Shown here in pieces: positions 12,451 to 25,515 of a DNA stretch of 64,000 nucleotides. The stretch's first letter is position 1, and every line of letters starts with the position of its first letter. Made by a program: the position numbers and the translations under genes. This DNA is from Octopus vulgaris (Eukaryota): the NCBI GenBank assembly GCA_951406725.2, contig OX597815.1, positions 24,614,001 to 24,678,000 on the forward strand. Reading direction: 5' to 3'. Below the pieces are notes generated by a model, which saw only the letters and a program-made list of their open reading frames with translations, was not told the DNA's origin and did no database searches.

Positions 12451-12985
12451 CTAAAGAAATATTGTAAGATACAAAGGAAACAAGAATAAACTCTGACATA
12501 CATTTCATTTGTTCTTCCAAGTCAGGCTATTCATTATACAAAACATCATGCTTGAAGCTTGGATGCAACATATTACCTACTATGACACTACATCACAAGA
12601 ACTGCATCTCTCAACACAGATTACTGATAAATAAATTTTTGTTTTTGAGAATATTATTTCATAATATTTTGTTTCTGGATTTGGTTTGCAAGGTTCTTTA
12701 TATGAGTTTGTGTGTTGAAGCATATTCTGTTGTGTCTGGGGAGAGTCATTTTCTTTTTGTGTCTTATAACGTAACACACTCACTGGTAAAATTTCCACTT
12801 ATTTCTTATTTTTATTTTTTAAATTTTTATTTTTATAATTTTTTTAATTTTTATTTTTATAAAAATAAAAATAAGGTGAGTGAGTTACATTATAAGGCAC
12901 AAAAAGAAAATGACTCTCCCCAGACACAACTGACTATTTCATAATATTATCTTCAGAATATATCTTTACAAAAATTATTATTTAA

Positions 12986-13204
12986 CCCTTTAGTGTTCAG
13001 ATTATTCTATTAAACAAAATACCTACTGATTCCTATTGATTTGAATTAATCATGCATTATCTAATATCTTCAAGATCTTGATGGTGTAATTACTTAATGT
13101 AGAATAACATTGTAGGGTAGGTGTGAGAGCCTGGATCTGGTCAGTTTGAACATAAAACAGATTAGCTATTTTGGCCGGATATGGCTGGTTTAAATACTAA
13201 AGGG
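12986..13204. mobile_element. piggyBac-type MITE
   Basis: TTAA|CCCTTTAGTG...TACTAAAGGG|TTAA terminal inverted repeats with TTAA TSD. Confidence 0.8.
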
Positions 13205-13358
13205 TTAATCATATATGTATTTGTTTTGCAAGATTCTTGATGTGAAATAATGTGCTGAAACAGATATTGCTATACAATATATTGTATAACAATATTATTT
13301 AATCCGTCATCTGATTATTTACAAGTAAATGGTTAAGAAACCCGAATATAAAACTTAC

Positions 13359-13454
13359 TTCAGAATCAGTTCAATGTCAAGCTCTGTACTAAGTTTGTCA
13401 ATTGCCAAATATTGTCGGTCCAGGCACATGTGTGAAAAGAGATCTAACTGGTGC
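13359..13454 (-). CDS. Itpr: IP3 receptor exon ([31 protein letters not shown])
   Basis: CAG acceptor and GTAAGT donor; 96 nt, phase 2 to 2; [10 protein letters not shown] motif. Confidence 0.96.
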
Positions 13455-13777
13455 CTGTGAAATAGAAATGTGATAAAATTTAAATAACTATAATAAATGT
13501 AATAAAAATATAATTTTTTTTACATAGAAATTTGTAATGTTTAAGCTTTTTCTTTAATTATTTTAATAATATAAAAAGAGAAAATCAAAGCTATGTTACA
13601 GATTCAGTTTAATAAGAATTTTATTGCTTTTGCAGTTGATTATAAATAACAGTTAAACTTAGTACATGTAATTATCATGATGACTTATTAAGTACCACTT
13701 GAATATCAGGTACAATTCAGGATTTATGCCTATGATAGAAGGGGTTATTATTATTACTATTTTTATTATCATTATTA

Positions 13778-14458
13778 AGGGAGCAAGCTGGCAGAATCAT
13801 TACTTATTTCTTTATTGCCCACAAGGGGCTAAACATAGAGGGATTAAGTCAATTACATCGACCCCAGTGCATAACTGGTACTTAATTTATCGACTCTGAA
13901 AGGACGAAAGGCAAAGTCGACCCCGGCAGAATTTGAACTCAGAATGTAACAGCAGATGAAATATGGCTACACATTTCGCCCGGTGTGCTAACGTTTCTGC
14001 CAGCTTGCCGCCTTGTCGGCAGAATCATTACTGTGCTGGAAAAAATGCTCAGCAGCACTTCTGATTAATGATTGCAAGATTTGACTTTGCTTTTCATCCT
14101 TTCAGGGCTGATGAAATAAGAGCTGGTTGAGCACTATATCAATGTATTCGACTTACTTTCTCCCATGGAACTGTTGGCCTTATGCCAAAAGTTGAAACAA
14201 CAACAACAACAACAACTGCTGCTGCCACCACCACCACCACCATCACCATCACCATCAAGGCAGCAAGTTGGCAAAATCATTAGCACACTGGGAAAAATGC
14301 TTAGTGGCATTTTGTTCTGAGTTCAAATACTACTGAGGTCAACTTTGCCTTTCATCCTTTTGGGGTTGATAAATTAAGTACCAGTGAATCATTGAGGTCA
14401 GTGTAACTGACTTGCTCTCTCCCACTAAATTTCAGGCCTTGTGCTTTTAGTAGAAAGG

Positions 14459-14490
<32 letters not shown>

Positions 14491-14920
14491 GGTGCTGAGC
14501 TGGCAGAATTGTTAGCATGGTGGGCAAAATGCTTAAAAGTATTTCGTCTGCTGCTACGTTCTGAGTTTAAAATTCCGCCAAGGCCAACTTAGCCTTTTAT
14601 CTATTCAGGGTCAATAAATTAAGTACCAGAAAAGATTATTATTATTATTATTATTATTATTAAGAATGTAGATAATATGAGTAAAACCAGACTTCTCCCC
14701 CAGATACTTTTCTACTCTAGGCACAAGGTCCAAAATTTTTGGGGAGGGAGCTAGTCGATTAGATTGACTCCAGTATGCAACTAGTACTTAATTTATCAAC
14801 CCTGAAAGGTTGAAAGGTAAAACTGACCTTGGCGGAATTTGAACTCAGAACACGAAGATAGATGAAATGTTACTAAGCATTTCACCTGGCATGCTACCGT
14901 TTCAGCCAGCTCGCAGCCTT
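13778..14920. mobile_element. cluster of about five Meta-type SINE copies in mixed orientation separated by (ATT)n/(CAC)n
   Basis: Repeated GGCAGAA..TTAGCA / GAGTTCAAATTC / CCTTTCATCCTTT blocks on both strands. Confidence 0.85.
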
Positions 14921-15636
14921 TCTCCACCAGATCCTTTGCAGTCAACTTAGCACTGGCAAAAGATCCTGTAAATGTTTTCTTGTGATGTTATAAAGATCAA
15001 TTCAAATAGCCCACGAAAAGGACTAGTAGTGACCTGAAAACCTGGGGAGAACAAGCAGCAGATCACAAACCATGGCATGAAACCATCTCAATTATTGCAG
15101 AAGTGTTTGAATAATAACAGAGCAAAAATGAAAAGGAGAATAACGAAGATGGAAAGTATCGCAATTTCAACTATTTCCACCTTTGTTTATCAAGTGCATA
15201 CTTATGCAAGCATGTATCATGCAAGGGTCAGTTTTCTTGGTCATCTGAAATCCTAGCTCAAAATATGAGAAAGAAAAAGAAACAAAATACTTGGTTAACA
15301 AGGAACAGTTGACAATATGACTATGAGATAAAATTTTGAAGGTGACATATTTCTTTTTCTCATTGCTTATTTGGGAAGAAAGGTAGTACCCATGACTTCC
15401 TACCTTTTACGGGGCCTCTGAGGCTGATTGTGGGGAGTGAAGGAAGCTGTCCTTTAACTGGAGGCTTGGCCTGAATGCTTGCAACAGAAAAGACTGTTAA
15501 AGGCATCTGAGGTTCATCCAGGTTGTGGTGTTTAACTAGGCAATGAATTAAGTTTCTCATCTGTTTATACTGTAACAGGATTAAACTCAGAATACAAAGC
15601 AGCAGAACAAATACCACAAAGTATGCTATCTGATGT

Positions 15637-15637
<1 letters not shown>

Positions 15638-15723
<86 letters not shown>
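15638..15723. repeat. (AAT)n microsatellite, about 28 units
   Basis: Direct inspection. Confidence 0.95.
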
Positions 15724-15724
<1 letters not shown>

Positions 15725-16431
15725 TCACCAGTCCACTGCTCTAGACTGGTGCTTTGTTTATTAAGAAAGTAAGGCAAAGTTGGCTTCAGCAGGAAATGAA
15801 CTCACAATGTAAGAGGCTGAAACATATACCATAAGGCAGTTTATCCAATTCTTTTATGTTTCTGTGAAATTTACCACCTTATTTCTTTGAGTGTATGATA
15901 AAAATTACATCTCAATAAAAGATTCTAGAAATTATGAATTTTAACAAATATATATTTATGTTATTAGCACATTTGTTAATCATGAAAATTCTGAAGAACC
16001 TAAAACATTTCTTCATATAATATTAGTTATTTTATATTAACTCTGAAAATATGTAAATAACTGGTTTGAAGTTGCTTTTAATTAGAAGGATATTTTAAAA
16101 TATATAATTTAGGTTTGTCCTCTGTTATGGTATGGCTATGTTGTTGTTGAGCCCCAGATCAACTCTGATCAAGCAGGCCTTTGATTAAAGGCTTTCCAGG
16201 TATGACTATTTCATCTTTATAGCAGCATCTTGGACTACATTATCTAATGTGTCCTTCCATTTCTCTAAAATGGTGGGTTCTGATTTAAGGGAAGTTTGCT
16301 ATTTATAGCATGTCAAAAAGTCAGGTAGAAATTGCATCCTTGTCGGCTTTCTAGTTAGATTATTTCAGAAGGTGGGAGGGTGGGTGGTCTTTTATTGTCA
16401 TATTTGTCTGGTCATTGGAATCCAGACTTAC

Positions 16432-16647
16432 CTGTAGTATTCTAGAATATCTCTGTCATTATTGTCTATGCATTCAGCTTTTTCATAAGCTAGCTCACGG
16501 ATAGATTTTTGTTTAGGATCATTGTCCCAGACAAGAATCACATCTTCTTCTTCCTGTGTGTCCAAAAAGGAGGTTACCTGTCCGGCATCCTGATGAGGAT
16601 CTTGAATCTCAACCTCCACTTCCACTTCCACTTCAGTTTTTTCAATT
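16432..16647 (-). CDS. Itpr: IP3 receptor exon (IEKTEVEVEVEVEIQ...EEEDVILVWD...RDILEYY)
   Basis: CAG acceptor after a T-tract and GTAAGT donor; 216 nt, phase 2 to 2; EEEVxLxW...SIRELA...LEYYR motif. Confidence 0.93.
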
Positions 16648-18172
16648 CTGCCAAAATCAAAAAAAGAAAAAAAAAATAGTTACAAGTTTAAATAATTCAA
16701 AGTTTTCAATATTCTCATTCATAAAAATAACTCTTGCCAGCGAGAAAAAATAATTAATAAATATAATATGATATTGAAAAGGTTTGCAAGACGCAACGAA
16801 AATTTTTGGAAAAAAAAAAGAAAAAAGTGAAAATTTTACTAGTGAGTGTGTTACGTTATAAGGTAGAAAAAGAAAATGACTCTCCCCAGACACAACAGAA
16901 TATGCTTCAACACACGAACTCATATAAAGAATCTTGCAAGCCAAATCCAAAAACAAATTATAATAAAGAAAGATTTCAATATAATTCAGACTTTTACTTA
17001 TCGGACAAGTGATTTGACTTAGGGCCATGTATTGAAACTGAAGCAATGGAAAAGCTATTAAATTTACAAAACTGTTGAATTCACTTTTCTGGTTATTGCA
17101 ATCTGCTCACTGTTGTAGTGGAAATGTGTCAGGACCCAGGTAACAGTGGCGCAACAAAAATTTTGACACTTCAAGAAATAAATGGAAAGTGAATTTCACT
17201 GATTTTGTGCATTTCTTTAAATGACTCAAATAGTTATTAACTGATGTAATTGCTTCAATTTATTGTCTTAATTGATTAAAACAGAAACAAGACAAACAGG
17301 TTTAAACATTTTTCATAGCTTCTGCCTCACCTAAAGCTAAATGTGGAGGAGAAAAGGACCTGGAAATGTCAGAAAATTCTCTATGTAGCAATAGGGAATA
17401 GAAATTAATAACCAGGAAGTAAACTAAAAAAGTTACTTGATATAAAATGAATTTATTACAATATTTAAGCATAGCACTGCAGTATCATCTGTAATGTAGA
17501 CCACAATTTTAAAGGCAAGAAGTAAGTTTATTTTGATCAAATATCTTTTTTATTGAGATTGGTCTGGAGGCTCTCCAAGCCAGTAAGACTCATGCAGTTA
17601 TATTCCCCCTCAGCAGTTCCAAGTTAAAGGATGTAGAAAATCATGAATAGGGAAGGTCCTCCTGAAAGTTGATACTTTAGGAAGGGCTGGATCAATGATT
17701 AGTGTAGGAATTAGCGGAGGGAGAAACAATATGGGTAATAATCATAGGAAGGGAGATGAGTGAGTTAGGAGAATGAGTTGAGACCAGCCTTATTAGGGAG
17801 AAGAGGTGACAGTGGAAGCAGTAGAAAAGGCAGAAAGAGACGACAGCATACAATGTTTAAGCTTTAACATAATACTTTTAAGGTTAAGTGATTAAGTTCA
17901 ATGTCCAGCTATAACTCCATGTTTTATGTAACTATGTTTTCAAGTTCAGAAAAGAAAAAAAAATCAATGGTTATATTGACATGAACTGAATTTTTAACTA
18001 CTAATTACTAAATTTGATATATTACAGAGTCATCTGTCAACATGCTTGATAAAGTTATTATCAATAAAAGTGTGAGCACCATTTTCAACAATATGACAGG
18101 GAGTAAAATTTTTAGAAAACTGTTTAAGACATATATACAATCTTCATAAAAATTGCTTTTCAAACATCTTAC

Positions 18173-18292
18173 CGAGTTTCAATGAGAATATCTGCATTAT
18201 TTGGGCTAAGAATACTTTTGCATATTAGTTCTTGAGTAATAGGTATTGCAACTTGATTGGAAACGCACAAGTCAGAAAGGTAATCCAAAAAT
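18173..18292 (-). CDS. Itpr: IP3 receptor exon ([39 protein letters not shown])
   Basis: CAG acceptor and GTAAGA donor; 120 nt, phase 2 to 2. Confidence 0.96.
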
Positions 18293-19164
18293 CTGTAAGA
18301 AAAAATCATTGATATATATTTTAGATTCCAACATTTTAAAGATACAATGGTGGATGATAATCTCCAGTTACATGTAGCATGGTATGGATATGAGAGCAAT
18401 AAGAGGGGTGAGAGAATATAAGAAAAACTTGAAAAAGTTGAATAAATGAATCTGTAAATGACAAGCATTTTATATTAAATGAACAGGTGGAAGTGAGAGG
18501 AAAATATATTGCAAAATGATTGAGAATGTAAAATAAATGTATATATTAATTGTGTAAATTGTGAAGTTCAGATATTGACGCTTATAGTTATGTGTATGTG
18601 ACTGCTTTGCAGTTAGTATTACAGCTGTGAAACAAGCAACATATAGTCACTGCTACAAACACAAAAACACATCGTTGTGACAGTCATGTTTTATAGAAGT
18701 GATCATGTATGAAAATGAAAGCAGGAGTTCTACAAGTGCAAGAGAAAACTAAAATGAGTGTGATCTGTTACTAGATGTAAAATGTATAATTCTGATGTAG
18801 AGAATTGAAGGTGGTGTAATGTCCCAGTATGGTCTTGAAAGTAATGACTAAAACTAAAGGATTAAATACTAACGCAATGTAATGAACAGGAGAGCTTTAA
18901 AACTATATCTGGAGCAAGGAGAAGTAAACAGTGATGAGCAATGATTATTAACCAAACTAAACAGAGGCAAAGATGACAAGATGTGAGTCAAAATATATTA
19001 GAATCAAAAACATTAAATTGAACAGGGAGGTTAAAATAGTCTGTATGTAGAGAAAACTGCATGGCAGATAGTTGATAGCCACAGAGAACATCCTTGGAAT
19101 GGTTAATGTTAGAGGATGTTGAAAAGATAAAGTATTGCAAATGAGTTATTCTTAAAGCAATCTT

Positions 19165-20065
19165 ATCATCATCATCATTGTTGCTTAATGTCCACTTTCC
19201 ATGCTAGCATGGGTTGGATGGTTTGACTGAGGGCTGGTAAGCCAGAAGGCTGCACCAAGCTCCAATATAATCAGGCAAAGTTTCTACAGCTGGATGCCCT
19301 TCCTAACGTCAACCACTCCAAGAGTGTAGTGGGTGCCTTTTACATGCCAGTCAGGCGAAACTGGCATCGACCATGCTTGAATGATGCTTTTTACGAGCCA
19401 CTAGCACACAAGCCAGTCAGGTGGCACTGGCATCCATCACATTCGAATGGTGCTTTTTACATGCCACCGGCATGGGAACAGTCAGCTGCCACTGGCATCA
19501 ACCACGCTCGAATGGTGCTTTTTACATGCCACCGGCATGGGAGTCAGGCAGCACTGGCAGCGATCACGCTCAAATGGTGCTTTTTACATGCCACAAGCAT
19601 GGGACCAGTCAGCCAGCACTAGCATCAATCATGCTCGAATGGTGCTTTTTACATACCATCAGCAAGGGTGCCAATCAGGCAGTACTGTCATCGGCCATGA
19701 CAATGACTTCACTTGCCTCAATAGGTCCTCACAAGTGCAGTTTATTGCCCAATGATTGAAGGGTATTCTTAAATGGGCTGGTTATGCTGCACTGGCATAG
19801 GCCATGGTTATGGTCTCACTTGGCTTGCCGGGTCTTCTCAAACATAGCATATCTCCAAAGGTCTCAGTCATTTGTCATCACCTTGGTGAGGTTCAACGTT
19901 TGAAGGTCATGCTTCACCACCTGATCCCAGGTCTTCCTAGGTCTACCTCTTCTACAGGTTCCCTCTACGGCTAGGGTGTGACATTTTTTCACACAGCTGT
20001 CCTCATCCATACACAACACATAACCATACCAACGCAGTCGTCTCTCTTGCACACCACATCTGAAG
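19165..20065 (-). mobile_element. RTE LINE 3' end with an expanded ~64-bp tandem array in its 3'UTR
   Basis: RCGVQERRLRWYGYVLCMDEDSCVKKC...GRPRKTWDQVVKHDL, then six AATGGTGCTTTTTAC units and a (TGA)n tail. Confidence 0.85.
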
Positions 20066-20159
20066 CTTCTTATGACTATGATAACCAACGAAAGAGTAAA
20101 ATGAAATAAATGACTGAATTTAACAGAGAAAATAAGTGAATGTGTAGTGAGAAAAAAGA

Positions 20160-20207
<48 letters not shown>

Positions 20208-22340
20208 TGAAGTAATACAGATAAACAAAATAATTTGCAAGACTAGGGATTAATGAAAAAGCTGATTTAGGGATACTTATCTTGCAGTATATTGTGGCCA
20301 ATAGAGCCTAATTCAATATATTTTTTAATGAAATTGTATGACATTGCAAAACTGCTTTTTGTAAAGTTAGAATAGAAAGAAATAGTTGAATTCATTTCAC
20401 TAGTCTTCTAGTATTTAGTGCATTGATCTTTAACCTAAGAAGGCATTGAATTTAGTGATTGGAAGTGTCAGACCAAGATATTAAAATCCTCTAATTTGAC
20501 TTACTCTCTTTCAATTGAAAATAAATGATGATGTCTGTTATGGGGGACTTAGAAAACAACAATATGAATGTTTCTTAAGAAAATCTGACGACAGTAAAGC
20601 ACATGTATTTGATACACCCATAACTGAAACTGTAAAAAAAATCAAATAAATACAAAATTCAGATAGAAATGATGAACTTTCAAAACTAATGGCTCTCAAA
20701 TGGTTTACTGCGGTGCTGTAGATGCATTTCAAGTTTTCAAAACCTTTACTCTTATATTACTGGAAACATTACATCTTTTCTAATACAGGTACCGTAATAA
20801 AATGCACCCAATACATTCTGTAAAATAATTGATAATAGGAAAGGTATCCAGCTATAGAAAAGAAACAAACAATCTAATGTACAACACATTTATGAGGTAA
20901 GTGGAACCCCAAAAGAACTGACTTAGATTATGATAATCTGGCCTGTGCACATCAGTAAAGAAAGCAAACAAAAATAATAACGACGACAATGATAAATTTA
21001 AGCCTTAAGAAAATCTGTAGTAATTCATGAGTGTTTGTAAAAACATTATTTGTAATTTTGTTATACACAAATATAACTGATAAAATATAGTTATATTTTT
21101 GTATTTGATCAAGATGTTTAACTTCAGAACAACTCTCCATGCAAAGTGTACCAGTAAGTATTTGACATGTGGTGCAGCACAAAGTCTAAAGGATTGAGAG
21201 CTGTTGTTCCAAATTGAAAACAAGGGCACAGAACTACACGATATAAAACATGGTTCACATTTTCATGTCCAGACCTGCTAATTTTAGTATTATAACAACC
21301 AAAAACCCATGCAATTCATACACAACTATTTATTGACAAGATTATTTTTTGTAGTGGGGTGTACAGTTGGTAAACTTTATCCTATTCTATTATTAGTGCT
21401 TGTCTAATTGACAGAAAATAAAATCCACCTCTGTAGGAATTCAAGCTCAGAAATAAAATGGGTAATAAGTCAGTTAATATTGTACTCATGTAAGAGATAT
21501 TAACACTGCTATAAGTAACTTGTATAGGAAAGTATATAAAGTGAAAATGTCCAAGTGGATCATTTGGGTACCACTGAAATAATTGTCTTTGAATAATATC
21601 AAGGTCAAAAATTTTCTGGCAAATTCAAACCCTTTCCAGGTTATCTGATACAAGATGTGAGATTAAATGACTTAAGAGGAATTAAATCTGGGTTCCAAAG
21701 TTGATTTACAAGAAGCTTAACTAATTTCCAGAGCTTACATGGCTCCCACAATTAACTTAATTTCTCTTCTCATTTTCCACCAGTAGTTCTATTATATAGT
21801 TACATAGTTTTAAAGATATGAGTTAGACAAAGATAAATTAACTATTAAAGAGGATATTATAGAATATAGCTTGAAGTGATTAAATTTTGTTTCTGACTAA
21901 AACTCATTTCTTGCTTCTGTACATTTTTGAAAGAAGAAAAAAAATAATTTGAAAAAATTAACAGAATGATTACAAATGAACTAAATAGCCATTAAATGTA
22001 AAACATTACTAAACTCAATGGGTAGGGTAAAGTTTATAGAGCTGCTTAGTAGTGAGGAAAGAATAATGCCCATGGGTCTTTACAGAATATCTGAGACTGG
22101 TGGAAGGGAGGGTTTTCAAACAGTAAATCTGGCTTGAATACTACTAGATTCAGCTAAAGGCACCCAAGGATCCAAGGACATATTCCTGGGCCAAGCGTAT
22201 CTAAAATTTATGTAAACGACAACAATTAATTAGAATAATACTGCAAAATTACTAGGAAAGAGACAATAATTTGCTAATGAAAAAGGTTGGTCAATTATAA
22301 AGAAAATGAGATATCAACAGTTAATAGGTCAAAGACAAAA

Positions 22341-22382
<42 letters not shown>

Positions 22383-24832
22383 ATGAAATTATTGTATACA
22401 GTGCTCAGGTGCACCACTACTATATATATAGTTTCAGGAATGTGATTAAACAAACTGTCAGTATGTGGTAAGACATCCTAGTGTCTAAGACAAAACCAGA
22501 ACAAAAAACAAAATGGCTATACAAGGTGTAAGCCTTGGATAAAATAAATCCAGAAATAAAATAAACTCAAATTTGAATTGAAATTTTCTTCCTAAATTCT
22601 ATTTTGAAGTTTTGACATGTAAAATAAAACAGAAATTGCATAGCCTATGAAGAAAGAAAATATTATTTAATGTAATGAGCAAATTATAGATATACAAAAA
22701 AAAAAAAAAAGAAAAAAAATGATAGAAATCCAAAATAGTTATGGTTTACTTGACTTTTTTTAAATGAAATAGTACAATGGCTTATAGGTACAATGAAATG
22801 GTACAATGACTCTATAAGTACAATGAAGCAGTACAATGACTCTATAAGTTTCACAGTTTTTATTTTCAGAGCAGATACTGAACATGAATTAAATTTTATA
22901 AAGGCTAAATGTTTAAAGCTAAGAGAAAGAACCAAATGCAATCATAGACATACACACAATAACATGTGTGTGTGTGTCTGTGTAGTTGTCTTCAATAACA
23001 CAAGTGTCAGAACAAAAAGCTTAGCATTATAAAATGCCAAAGCCTAAATTATTATGTGTCTAACTGGGTGTTTAGGAATACAGCAATTAATCTAGACTAC
23101 TAAACATTACAAAAGCTAACTAAAATATCAAAGTGATTTCAGAAACTGTTAATAAAGAAGAAGGATTTAATTAACTAATTCCAAATGTATTAGCATGTTA
23201 TCCATGGAAAGATCATTAGATTTATAGGCATCAACAAGATGTGAAATAAATCCATGGAGTGTAATAAAGAAGCTTCTATTTTTAGACAACAACATAATTG
23301 AAATGACTATTTCACATCTAACAGTAAAATATAGAGTTTGTATCAAAGGTAGAAATACAGAATTTCTGAATCAATGACTACTGATTTCTGAATCAATGAC
23401 AAATCTGTCCAAGAGTTTCCAAGGAAAAGAAGCAAATCCAATTACAATCAAGTACAGCATTCTGTTTTAATACAAAATTACTGAATATTTAATATTAAAG
23501 TCTGAAAGTGTATAAAATATCACAAGAGAAATTCTGTAGCAAAAAAGTTAAATATAAATGAAAAATCTATTTTACTTTTTTTATAAATCAAGAATATATA
23601 AAAAATAGAATTTGTATAGAGGGAGAAATATGTTAAAAATAAATATTAAGTAATTCCTGTATTTGACGAAGCAAAAAGAATGCTTCCTTGTCTATTCCTG
23701 CTACTTTGTTTTAAAATGAATGAAATCTTAACATTCAAGGAATTGATAAATTACTTGCAAAAGAATACCGAATAAGAAAACTGAAGAGAAATACAAAGAC
23801 CTGCTGATTGGTGATCAGGGCCAAGAAACTAGTTAAGAATTAAAAATTACAGCTTGTACACAGAAAGGCAAGTGAGCTATAATATTTATAATGACATGAT
23901 ACTGGGCAACTGGGACCTTCAGAGGACAATGCATATGTAAACTGTGATAATTTCAAAATTTTTTGGAAATAATTTTAATAAGAATTGTAAGATTGTTTAC
24001 AAATGGGGAAGTTTTATAACTCAATTATTCTGGAACGTGTATATTAAACCAGAAATTGTAAATATGACATACTATTTAAAAGACTAAAACTAAATATGAA
24101 ATTAAACTATACAAACTATGGATAATTTTAAAACATAATCCTTGAGGCTAAAAGAAAACTAATTGAAACAATAACATTGAGTTCACTATTAAGAATAAAA
24201 TTGCTGTATTCCAACCCAACTAACTATTACAAGCATGCAAAGTCAATATAAGTATATAGCTGAAAACGTCTACAAGTCAAATATAGACTGTTAGAATCTT
24301 TCTAGAGAGAGACATGCTGGCTAATGAGGGTGCATGATAACTAAGTCACTAAATGTATGTGTGACAGAGTATGTGTGACATTTGAGACACAATGTGTAGC
24401 AAAACACTGAGTTATGGTGAACGAGAAATAGATACAAAATAATCAACAAAAGAAAAGAAGCAAATAATTTTTTATCATTATATCTAATTTTATTCAATTT
24501 AACACAACCGATTAAAATATATGTGACATTAAGTTAAAATATGGTGAGGTACTGCTGTGAGAAACATCGCTAAAATGTAAGTGGTGTTTTAACTATAATG
24601 AGGACTTGTAAAAGTACTTTTGCCCTGTGTGGTCAGTGTGTGTGTGTATATGCATGGTCAAGTGTGTGGTCAAGAAGTTTGCTTCCCAATCATGTAGTCT
24701 CAGATTCAGTCCAGTTGTGCAGTATCTTAGGCAATTGTCTGCTACTATAGCCCTCGGCTGACCAAAGCCTTGTAAGCAGATTTGGTAGGCAGAAATTGAA
24801 AGGAGCCCATCATATATAATAGTACATGTGTG

Positions 24833-24867
<35 letters not shown>

Positions 24868-25482
24868 ACCCTTGTCTTGACATCACATGTTGATTGTAAA
24901 TGAGCATCATTGCCATACAAGCAATGTTGTTCACTTCCCATCCATGACAAGATATGTCTGACCATGGGAAATGTTACCTTGCTTGGAAACAGGTGCAGGT
25001 TAGCAACAGGAAGGGCATCCAGCTGTAGAAATTTTACTTCAACAAATTCTGTCTGACTCATACGAGCATGGAAAATTTGATATTAAGTGAGGATTATGAA
25101 TATATATATTTACATTGGTGTAAGTGGGGAATGTGAGTCTTAGTTAAGATGTTATCTTACTTAAGATATGACTAGTTATTTTATGATAAAAGTGTAAAAT
25201 TCTGGAAAAGAGAAAATAGTTCAATCTAAATTGTTATCCATTCTGGTCAATTATTGATCTGACATTTTAGCTGTACTTCGATGTATTACCTTACATGTTT
25301 TTGAATTGTGTGTTTGTGTGCGTGTGTTTATGTGTGTGTGTACACGTGTGTGTGCATGCATGTGCAGGAACGTAACTTGACAAAGATTTCTTAATAAAAG
25401 ATAAATTTACAGGTTAAATACATGAAAATACTGGAACAATTTCCTACCTGATTTAAAATTAAAATTTTTGGTTTGCATAAAA

Positions 25483-25515
<33 letters not shown>

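Noticed and set aside
19329-19700. CRISPR-like array of a conserved motif with spacers
   Set aside because: The spacers are homologous to each other, the array lies in a LINE 3'UTR, the DNA is eukaryotic and there are no cas genes.
25440-25455. AG|GT recursive splice site near the middle of the large intron
   Set aside because: The pyrimidine tract and donor (GTAGGA) are too weak to distinguish from chance.
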